Below are positions 19,088-25,728 of a DNA stretch of 27,484 bases, one piece after another (the first letter of the stretch is position 1; the number at the start of each line of letters is the position of its first letter). A program made the position numbers and the translations under genes. Below the pieces are notes generated by a model that saw only the letters and a program-made list of their open reading frames with translations, was not told the DNA's origin and did not search any database. The DNA is taken from IMG/VR virus record IMGVR_UViG_3300033804_000009, positions 1 to 27,484 of that record. The stretch is one strand, 5' to 3'. This stretch comes from a virus. Taxonomy: Duplodnaviria; Caudoviricetes.

Positions 19088-20073
19088 TATAACGCCCCTG
19101 GGTGTGGCATGGCTGTTTCTTCACGATCGCCTCTTAATGAGGCTTCCTTGTCGAACTTCGCCTGCAATTTATAAGCATCGAATTTATCGCTATGTTTTTT
19201 TGCTTTTTCTACATCGAGGCATTGAGAATCTTGTTTTGAATAGGCTTCCTTGAGTATTCCGTGAACCAGATAAGGATGATACTCAAGACGGATTTCGGGA
19301 GAGGTTATCGCGCTCGCCTGAATATCTGTGGTGGTAAGCTGATTCAGAGGAAGCCTTGAAACGGTGAGCCACATCGTATCGAGAACTTTTTGAATGACCG
19401 CCGATGCAGCCAATTCAGTCGCAATGGTCTCGATCGTTGTGATCGTAGTTGCCGTAACGGATCCGACCGTGAAAGTCTTTGGATTTGCCGCTGTTCCATT
19501 CAAAGTTGTTCCCGTGACAACAAACTGGTCTCCCTGTTTTAAAAGTGGAGAAAATCCAGGAGTGCCCGATTGAACGATCGTCTGCGGACCTCCGGTAAAC
19601 TGCATCACTCCGGTCCAATAACCCAAATAGGTTGAAGGGAAATAAATCGTTTGAAAATACCCGGCATCATAATCAGGGAGAAGATAGAGAAGATCACCAT
19701 TTCTTGTCTTCCAACCGGTGACGTTATCATCAAGCCATGTAATAGTCTTCACCGTAACGGGAGGATACCACCGGCTTGCGAGATAACCGTTGTGGATCTC
19801 TATGATCCGCGCATCCATCGAATAGGATTGTTGGTAACAGAGGATAGGAGTTTTACAGATTGCGGGAGTAAGATGATCGCGGATGGATCCTACAAATCGG
19901 CACCATTCATTGAGAGCGGCGTTCAGATGTCTTAGGAGTTCTTCGTCTTGCCATAAAAGATCAGGCGCCATTTCAGCGCCAGCGCCGCCAAACCATTCGT
20001 TAGAACTTTGAACATCCCCAGCATCGTCGAGATAATCGTGTCTGGCAGACCAAATAATGTCTTTGATCAACAT
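19087..20073 (-). CDS. Probable head-to-tail adaptor / head completion protein (328 aa)
   Basis: LWQDEELLRHLNAALNEWCR near the N-terminus and PEI..YHPYLVHGILKEAYSKQD near the C-terminus are typical of podovirus adaptor-like proteins. Contains a Thr-rich beta insert. Position after the head genes. Confidence 0.6.
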   Translation of the reverse strand: MLIKDIIWSARHDYLDDAGDVQSSNEWFGGAGAEMAPDLLWQDEELLRHLNAALNEWCRFVGSIRDHLTPAICKTPILCYQQSYSMDARIIEIHNGYLASRWYPPVTVKTITWLDDNVTGWKTRNGDLLYLLPDYDAGYFQTIYFPSTYLGYWTGVMQFTGGPQTIVQSGTPGFSPLLKQGDQFVVTGTTLNGTAANPKTFTVGSVTATTITTIETIATELAASAVIQKVLDTMWLTVSRLPLNQLTTTDIQASAITSPEIRLEYHPYLVHGILKEAYSKQDSQCLDVEKAKKHSDKFDAYKLQAKFDKEASLRGDREETAMPHPGAL

Positions 20074-20119
20074 AAGACCCCCTTGCGGCGTTTAACCAGA
20101 ACGCCGCGAAGGAAGCCAA

Positions 20120-21046
20120 TTATGAATTTTCAATGCCTAACGCACCTGCTTTGTCGGCAGCAGGCATTGTGCAATAAACAGCAGCACCAACCGCGCCCCA
20201 TGATGTGAATTGAATCCTCATACAATCATGGAGACTTACGAAACCATTCGCTGGTGTCGCAAATACTTTCGTATACGCGGTCCCCTGTTTACAGTTAATG
20301 AACCGACAACGGGTGAATTGCACCATCCCACCTTCACCACCGATGTTAACGGCTGTATTTATCGGAATCCAATCAGCCGTTGAAATCCCCATAATCGTGC
20401 AATCCTCAAATGTCTGGACTGCATTATTGCCGCCGAAATTGATCAGATACCCCGGTCCGGTCGCATAGTTTGCTGGTGTCGTCCAATCTCCAATTCTGCA
20501 TTTTCTGAAGGTAAGATCCTGAGTACCATTTGCGATATTGATCAAATTAAAAGCCGCAGCACCTTCAGTCGCGTTTAATGGACCTTCGATATCACAATTG
20601 TCGAAGAGAACGCAGGCATTACCACTATACGTAAGGCTCAATCCTACCAGGTTTGCCGCACTTCCTCTTCCATATTGCCAATGAATATTTTTAAAAATGC
20701 AACCCCTGGCAGAGATTGTAAAAAACGGTGTCATATTGGCACCCATGGTAATCCTGGTTCTCTGTCCGTTGTGTAATTCAGGCCCGAGACCAACGAGATG
20801 GGTATAATTTTTCGCCCAAGTAAAAGCGGCTGTTTGGACAAGTGCCGTATTTCCGCCTACGGCAAAAATGACATCGTTGCGACCAGCCCTCGCCATTCCG
20901 TATGCTACCTTGAGAGTTTTTACGGGCGATTGAATTGAACCATCGTTACCATCGCTTCCGTAAACTGGATCTAAGTAAATCTGTTTGCCCGGAAATAAAC
21001 GCACCAAATTGAGAACATATTGATCCCACTCTACTCTCCAACTCAT
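20120..21046 (-). CDS. Right-handed beta-helix (pectin lyase-like) virion protein (308 aa)
   Basis: IYLDPVYGSDGNDGSIQSPVKTLKVAY is the usual N-terminal cap motif of beta-helix proteins. Repeated FKNI/FDNC/FRKC/FEDC/FTRC/FINC rungs. SD AAGGAGGT. Confidence 0.75.
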   Translation of the reverse strand: MSWRVEWDQYVLNLVRLFPGKQIYLDPVYGSDGNDGSIQSPVKTLKVAYGMARAGRNDVIFAVGGNTALVQTAAFTWAKNYTHLVGLGPELHNGQRTRITMGANMTPFFTISARGCIFKNIHWQYGRGSAANLVGLSLTYSGNACVLFDNCDIEGPLNATEGAAAFNLINIANGTQDLTFRKCRIGDWTTPANYATGPGYLINFGGNNAVQTFEDCTIMGISTADWIPINTAVNIGGEGGMVQFTRCRFINCKQGTAYTKVFATPANGFVSLHDCMRIQFTSWGAVGAAVYCTMPAADKAGALGIENS

Positions 21047-21099
21047 AATAGACCTCCTTTTTTATTCACGTCGTCTCTGCTTGCCAGCCCGTTACTCAA

Positions 21100-21126
21100 A
21101 CAGGGGGAGTTATCGGCTCCCCCTGT
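21100..21126 (-). terminator. GC-rich stem-loop after the decoration-like gene (weak terminator or processing site)
   Basis: ACAGGGGGAG-7 nt-CTCCCCCTGT, a perfect 10-bp stem. Only a short U tract follows on the minus strand. Confidence 0.45.
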
Positions 21127-21134
21127 GTCAAAGA

Positions 21135-21680
21135 TTAATGCCACAGTGCCGGAGACACGATCGAATACGCCGGGATCGAAAGCAGGCTCATCTTGGCGAC
21201 AATGAGAAGCTTACCTGTGGTAAGCGTTGTCGCCACTCCCCCGCCGAGCGTTAAAGCGAGGTAGCTTACAGCCGAGTAGACTTTCGTCGCGGCTCCGTAG
21301 GCATCCGTGAGGACGGTCCCGGTATATCCTGTGCTTTTGATGGATGTTGCCGCCATATAGCCTGCGGCTGTAATGGCGTCACCGGTGACATCCGAATAAT
21401 CTCCGATCGTCACCGTCAATGCTCCGGCATCCGTCGCGGCGCTAAGAACATCCATGAGGACACCGGAAATCTGTGCCCCGATCGGGATCTTCCCAAAATA
21501 AATGATATCCGCATTGTTCGGATTTGGGGTTGTGGCGAATGCCCCAGCTTTGGTCAATGCGGCAAAGTCCAGAAGATAGGGCACATTGCACGAGCCACCC
21601 TGTCCCAGCCCGTAGGGATAAAGAGGAACCGGCAGACCCATTCCAGGTTGACCGGTTATGTCAAAATTTGATGCTCCCAT
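21135..21680 (-). CDS. Probable capsid decoration / cement protein (181 aa)
   Basis: Directly follows the MCP. SD AGGAGG. KIPIGAQISGV..LTVTIGD..LTTGKLLIVA jelly-roll pattern is typical of cement proteins. Confidence 0.6.
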   Translation of the reverse strand: MGASNFDITGQPGMGLPVPLYPYGLGQGGSCNVPYLLDFAALTKAGAFATTPNPNNADIIYFGKIPIGAQISGVLMDVLSAATDAGALTVTIGDYSDVTGDAITAAGYMAATSIKSTGYTGTVLTDAYGAATKVYSAVSYLALTLGGGVATTLTTGKLLIVAKMSLLSIPAYSIVSPALWH

Positions 21681-21704
21681 AGAACTTCCTCCTATTCGAA
21701 TTTT

Positions 21705-21736
21705 AAAAAGCCCTCAATTACTTGACCGAGGGGCTA
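21705..21736 (-). terminator. Intrinsic terminator after the major capsid gene
   Basis: Minus strand reads TAGCCCCTCGGTCAAGTAATTGAGGGCTTTTT immediately after the MCP stop: a hairpin plus U tract. Confidence 0.65.
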
Positions 21737-22624
21737 TCAGGTTATCGTCGGAGCCACATAGGTACATCCGATGGCCGACGGCTTGATCACCTGGCGACCG
21801 AAAACATGGAGGCTCTTAATGAACTTCCCGAAGGTCGTTTCAGGCTTGTCGATATAGTCCGTGTTTGTGAACTGATCGGCAAAGGTCAAGCCCAGGGGAT
21901 GACCAAAGAGGCAATAGAAACAAAGCTGGCCTGTGGTCGGATCAACCACGCTTGGAAGCAGGTTCGACGCATACAGCGTGAAATTCAAAAGCCTTCCAAG
22001 CCGACCGCTTCTCAGGGCGCTTGTCGCGTCCCCCATCATAGAGGCATCCTTGATGTCGGATGTCTTCAGGAGCATCGCCATGATTCTCGGCATGACGAAA
22101 AACTTGCTCATGTCGTCGGGAATGTTATATTCCCCGAGAACCGATTCAGCCATAGCCAATAGCTTAATGACATTGGCCGTTGTAACCTGGACCGGTGCGG
22201 AAGCCACACCTGTCGCATCGTAAACTCCGAGGTTATATGCACCGCTGATTCTACCAGCCGCGGCGCCCTGGTTCAGCGCATCGATTTGGCTGGTATTAAA
22301 AGTGGCGAATGAGCCATCGGGGTTCACGTAGCCTCTCATCCCATTGCCGATGACATAGGCCAAAACATCAGTATCAATGGCCACTTTCTCATTCTCCGTG
22401 GCGTCTTCTGCCCATTGGCTCATGAGCGCGATATCGCTCTGGTACTTATCGATATCATCCATGCCAAAGTAGAAATAGGTATTCTGGTCGATGAGCAGTT
22501 GGACGTAAGGAGATTCGATGTGGTCCGGGGCCTTGAGAGTTCCGCCCTTCTGATAGATGTTCAAATAAACCGGCACCGTGCCACGGGTCCTGATCCAGAC
22601 CAAATTACCTAACCCTTTGATTTC
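21737..22624 (-). CDS. Major capsid protein, exon 2 (295 aa; P22 coat-like / HK97-fold family)
   Basis: The frame extends 7 codons upstream of the tracked TTG start: EIKGLGNLVWIRT...LLIDQNTYFYFGMDDIDKYQSD...GRLGRLLNFTLYASNLLP...FGKFIKSLHVFGRQVIKP. No SD of its own. Joins exon 1 in frame after splicing. Confidence 0.88.
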   Translation of the reverse strand, partial: EIKGLGNLVWIRTRGTVPVYLNIYQKGGTLKAPDHIESPYVQLLIDQNTYFYFGMDDIDKYQSDIALMSQWAEDATENEKVAIDTDVLAYVIGNGMRGYVNPDGSFATFNTSQIDALNQGAAAGRISGAYNLGVYDATGVASAPVQVTTANVIKLLAMAESVLGEYNIPDDMSKFFVMPRIMAMLLKTSDIKDASMMGDATSALRSGRLGRLLNFTLYASNLLPSVVDPTTGQLCFYCLFGHPLGLTFADQFTNTDYIDKPETTFGKFIKSLHVFGRQVIKPSAIGCTYVAPTIT

Positions 22625-22699
22625 CGTAATGTTATCGGTAGGTTCTTTATCCTACCTTCTTACCCTTTCAGATAAGTCCAGATCATATCTTCTTTTTGC

Positions 22700-22728
22700 T
22701 TGAGAATAAAATCTATCGGTGATATGGT
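22700..22728 (+). promoter_or_regulatory. Putative sigma70-type promoter for the antisense HNH gene
   Basis: TTGAGA (22700-22705), 17-bp spacer ending in TGn, TATGGT (22723-22728), then 7 nt to ATG 22736. Consensus match only. Confidence 0.5.
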
Positions 22729-22735
22729 AATCTTT

Positions 22736-23326
22736 ATGAGCAAACTTTTTGAAGTTCCATTTGTAAAAGAACAGTTGGAATACGATTATCAAACAAAGAA
22801 TCTTGAGCAAATAGCCAAAAAATTCAATGTGAGCAAGCCATATGTCAGGAAGTGGATGAGAATTTATGGAATCCCCGTTAGGAAACGGCTCGCGCCTGTA
22901 AGCAAAATTCGCCAAATGGCGATGCGAGGTTTGAGCGCTTCTGAAATTGGAGAAAAGATGAATCTCACCGCTAACTACATATCGGAGGTCGGGAGGAAAT
23001 ACAAAATTCCGATTCTCGATAAATACCATACGGGCCACATTTTCACAGAAAAAGGTTATTTGCTTTTGAGAAAGCCCGAGCATCCCCATTGTAATGGCAA
23101 AGGATATGTTCGACTCCATAGGCTCGTAATGGAAGAACATTTGGGAAGAATCCTTGATCCCAAAGAACTTGTCCATCACATTAATGGGGATAGAAAAGAT
23201 AATCGCATTTCCAATTTGATGCTCACCGATAAATCTATCCATCAGTGGAGATACCATCCACCTAAAGGCAAAAAGTCCCGAGCTCTTGGGGATTTCTCCC
23301 AATCGGATACTCTCCCTGATCGTTGA
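22736..23326 (+). CDS. Intron-encoded HNH homing endonuclease with two N-terminal HTH modules (about 196 aa; alternative starts 22724 or 22700)
   Basis: [39 protein letters not shown] is a canonical phage HNH motif. [19 protein letters not shown] and [18 protein letters not shown] are HTH-like. Lies in the P8 loop, antisense to the intron. Confidence 0.9.
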   Translation: MSKLFEVPFVKEQLEYDYQTKNLEQIAKKFNVSKPYVRKWMRIYGIPVRKRLAPVSKIRQMAMRGLSASEIGEKMNLTANYISEVGRKYKIPILDKYHTGHIFTEKGYLLLRKPEHPHCNGKGYVRLHRLVMEEHLGRILDPKELVHHINGDRKDNRISNLMLTDKSIHQWRYHPPKGKKSRALGDFSQSDTLPDR

Positions 23327-23502
23327 ACCTTGACCTTCTTTCGAAGGTCCTTGGCTGCTGATTGCCCAATTCAAAGATTTTTTCGCATTCGCACTCGCCG
23401 TTACCAGCCATGCTGTAGCATCTTTGGCTCTAAGGGTATCCCAGCAATTCACGGGATTTATTGAAGGCAAAGGTTTAATGAATTTAATCATTTATCTACT
23501 CA

Positions 23503-23649
23503 ACCTTCATAATTCGTATTAGATATGTGGGTTAACACTGTGGCATCATAGAACTTTTCAACCAGCTTTGTGCTCCAAACCTCGGGTATAAACGCACTTT
23601 TCCCTTTCGAACTATAATCCACATAACCCGGTGCTATACCGTATCCCAT
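23503..23649 (-). CDS. Major capsid protein, exon 1 (49 aa)
   Basis: Not in the ORF track (under 60 aa). SD AAAGGAGGT, then MGYGIAPGYVDYSSKGKSAFIPEVWSTKLVEKFYDATVLTHISNTNYEG followed by an in-frame TGA as the first intron bases. FIPEVWS..NTNYEG-EI is the conserved N-terminus of this capsid family. Confidence 0.9.
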
Positions 23650-23667
23650 AAGGGACCTCCTTTCGTA

Positions 23668-24729
23668 TTAAGCAGGAGCCCTCTCTTGGGCAAGTTTGTA
23701 GAGCCGATTGTATTCTGTTTGGTACTCTTGTTCTCGGCCCGTAAACCCGCCCTTCTTTCTTTTATCCGCAAGCTCGACGAGTTTTGCCCTTGCCTCTTGA
23801 GGGCTCATTTCTGGTTCTTTTGGTTTCCCTTTATCCACATTTACACCGGATCCTGGCGGAGCAGCTATCCTGTTCTTCACCTTTGGATCTTCTGGATTCA
23901 ACTCGCCTGCCTTCGGCTGTGGCGTGGTTTTTTTCTTACCTGTGAACAAATTAAGGGCCTTAATAAAAGTCCTTGAATCATTTTTTTTGATTGCCGTTTC
24001 AATAACGTCGCCTGTGAGTGTCCCACCAATACCACCATCCGGTTGTCTCATGAATTCCTGGAAAGTATCTGTGTACCAGGTGGTCTTCCAATCTCCGTAA
24101 CCAGCTTCTTCAAGATCCTTATCGAAACGCTCCTGTGCTGTCAGGACAGTTTCCCCTCTGATCTTATCAGAAACTTCGGTGATAACCCTTTTTGCTTCCT
24201 TCTCTGCGCGTTCCCCGAAAAATCGGCCAGCTTTTTCCACGATTGGCAAAACCAGCTTGACAAGACTTGGATCCATTTCTTTCTCAAGCGCGGCGATATC
24301 ATCTTTGAGGACATCCGCAAGTTCTTCTTGCTTCTCGGGCGTCGCCTTTTCATATCTGGCTATATGATCTCTCATGATAGCCATTTGGTCCTGAATAATG
24401 GTAAGCTGTTGCTTGAGAAACTTATTCTCTTCGCCCTGCGCCTTCATCATTCCATCGAGAGTCCGATATTTTTGTTCGGATTTCTCAAGCTTCTCTTTGA
24501 AAACCTCTGCCGTTTCTTCTCCGGCTTTTGGTTCCCCTGGCTTTGGTTCGGGTTCGGCTGATGCCAATTCTTCAGGACGAAGTTTTCCCTCTTCTTCTAA
24601 TTTCTTGATTTCCTTTTCTTGCTCTTCGATTGGGAGGGCCTTAAAAGTGGCGATATCGGTAACAACTTTCTCAGCGGCTTCGATTCTTTTCCTCAAATTT
24701 TCTGGATATACCGTGTATTTGTCTACCAT
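23668..24729 (-). CDS. Capsid scaffolding protein (about 353 aa)
   Basis: Highly charged and coiled-coil (EQKYRTLDGM), directly upstream of the MCP. Start reassigned to ATG 24729 because of SD GAAGGAG. Confidence 0.75.
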   Translation of the reverse strand: MVDKYTVYPENLRKRIEAAEKVVTDIATFKALPIEEQEKEIKKLEEEGKLRPEELASAEPEPKPGEPKAGEETAEVFKEKLEKSEQKYRTLDGMMKAQGEENKFLKQQLTIIQDQMAIMRDHIARYEKATPEKQEELADVLKDDIAALEKEMDPSLVKLVLPIVEKAGRFFGERAEKEAKRVITEVSDKIRGETVLTAQERFDKDLEEAGYGDWKTTWYTDTFQEFMRQPDGGIGGTLTGDVIETAIKKNDSRTFIKALNLFTGKKKTTPQPKAGELNPEDPKVKNRIAAPPGSGVNVDKGKPKEPEMSPQEARAKLVELADKRKKGGFTGREQEYQTEYNRLYKLAQERAPA

Positions 24730-24805
24730 AATCGTTACTCCTTCGGCTCCGCTATGCGGTGTGCCTTTTGTATTTTCTCCGCTCCATGAAGGTTTGCGGT
24801 AGAAT

Positions 24806-24955
24806 TTATAGTGATCGCGCTGGCCTCGCTTTATCTTCACGGCAACCTTTTACATTTCTGTTGCCTCTCATTTTCGGCGCTATTGGTTGTGCCGGGGCGG
24901 TAGGTGGTGCCACCGGTGTTGGGTGCTTCCATCTTTTTTCTTTTGGAATTCTCAT
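24806..24955 (-). CDS. Small basic Pro-rich hypothetical protein (49 aa)
   Basis: Strong SD AAAGGAGGT before ATG 24955 (MRIPKEKRWKHPTPVAPP...). The longer tracked start lies inside a terminator hairpin. Confidence 0.55.
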   Translation of the reverse strand: MRIPKEKRWKHPTPVAPPTAPAQPIAPKMRGNRNVKGCREDKARPARSL

Positions 24956-24973
24956 CTCTGACCTCCTTTCCCC

Positions 24974-25018
24974 AAAAAACAAGAAGCCATTACCACCATG
25001 CATGGTAATGGCCTCTTG
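24974..25018 (-). terminator. Intrinsic terminator-like hairpin between portal block and scaffold block
   Basis: Minus strand CAAGAGGCCATTACCA-TGCATGG-TGGTAATGGCTTCTTG-TTTTTT: 16-bp stem with one G-U pair (valid only on the minus strand) and six U. Confidence 0.75.
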
Positions 25019-25047
25019 AAATATTGGGAGCCGGGCGATCGACCCGA

Positions 25048-25299
25048 CTAAATCCCTATATCAACCCCAACTTGAGGGTTTTTCTTCAACTTTTCTATGT
25101 CCTCATACTTCTCCCTGGCAGAATCTATAGCATCTTCCATATCCTGGATCTCTGCCGCTCTGCCGAAATTGAAATCTCCGCCCCCAGCTTTGATGGCCTC
25201 TTTGCGGCTTTCTCTGATCCACTTTCGGATTTTCTCAAAATTCGGGTTCCCATGGAGATCCGCAATGGCTCTCAAGGTATCATCGTCTAAGGGTTTCAT
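25048..25299 (-). CDS. Small helical protein downstream of portal (83 aa)
   Basis: SD GGAG before ATG 25299. LHGNPNFEKIRKWI..FNFGRAAEIQDM resembles the small conserved proteins found between portal and scaffold in podoviruses. Confidence 0.6.
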   Translation of the reverse strand: MKPLDDDTLRAIADLHGNPNFEKIRKWIRESRKEAIKAGGGDFNFGRAAEIQDMEDAIDSAREKYEDIEKLKKNPQVGVDIGI

Positions 25300-25300
25300 T

Positions 25301-25726
25301 TTATCTCCATCCCCAGGCAATAATATCTGCATCCGGGTTGTAATAAAGTGTGACTTTGCAAATGAGAGAGGTTGCGCCGGGATCCCCAGATGGTAAAATT
25401 CCGATCGATTCTCTTTCTATAATGGGGACATTCAAGCCCATAACAACGGTCACAGCGTTTCTTGCATGACCACCGGCGCTGGTATAGATGACGTCCCCAT
25501 CCCTATCCTTGATGTGGACAGTATAAGTGATAGCATTGGTCGGATTGCCCGCATTGACTTTCCATCCAACCATTTGGCCTTGATGGACTCCGGTATTGTT
25601 TGAAACTTTCTGTGAATATATTTCTCCGGTTCCAACGCTGAAGGTGGGAACTGTTATGGTGATGTAACCCAAAGCTCCCCACAACGGATCTTTCCCTGAT
25701 GGCCCTACTGGTATTGTCCTTGCCAT
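25301..25726 (-). CDS. Hypothetical beta-rich protein, possibly virion-associated (141 aa)
   Basis: SD AAGGAGG within the portal end. Fills the gap exactly. Alternating beta-strand pattern. Confidence 0.65.
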   Translation of the reverse strand: MARTIPVGPSGKDPLWGALGYITITVPTFSVGTGEIYSQKVSNNTGVHQGQMVGWKVNAGNPTNAITYTVHIKDRDGDVIYTSAGGHARNAVTVVMGLNVPIIERESIGILPSGDPGATSLICKVTLYYNPDADIIAWGWR

Positions 25727-25728
25727 GA

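Larger units (their letters stand above)
22625..23502 (-). ncRNA. Group I self-splicing intron (IA-like, 878 nt) interrupting the major capsid gene
   Basis: The 5' exon ends GAAGGU and pairs with the IGS GCCUUC (U-G at the splice site). The last intron base is G (22625). P element GAAUUGCUGGGA (23439-23450), Q AAUCAGCAGCC (23353-23363), P6a GACCUUC-GAAA-GAAGGUC, R UUCAACGAUCAG (23316-23327), S AAGAUAUGAUCU (22680-22691), P3 UCCCG/CGGGA, P8 CUUUUUGC/GCAAAAAG, P9 CUUAUCU-GAAA-GGGUAAG, and a further GGUAGG/CCUACC hairpin. Extra hairpins between P7 and P3' suggest subgroup IA. Confidence 0.93.

Noticed and set aside
21737-22603. Tracked 288-aa ORF as a complete MCP starting at TTG
   Set aside because: It has no SD and lacks the conserved N-terminus, which is found in exon 1 at 23503-23649.
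22625-23502. Intein, group II intron or simple HNH gene insertion as the explanation for the split capsid gene
   Set aside because: An in-frame TGA follows exon 1, which excludes an intein. There is no GUGYG start, AY end or RT ORF. Group I P1/P3/P4/P7 elements and the terminal G are all present.
24730-25003. Tracked upstream starts for the scaffold (24840) and the small ORF (25003)
   Set aside because: Better SD-supported ATGs lie at 24729 and 24955. The tracked starts fall inside another gene or a terminator hairpin.
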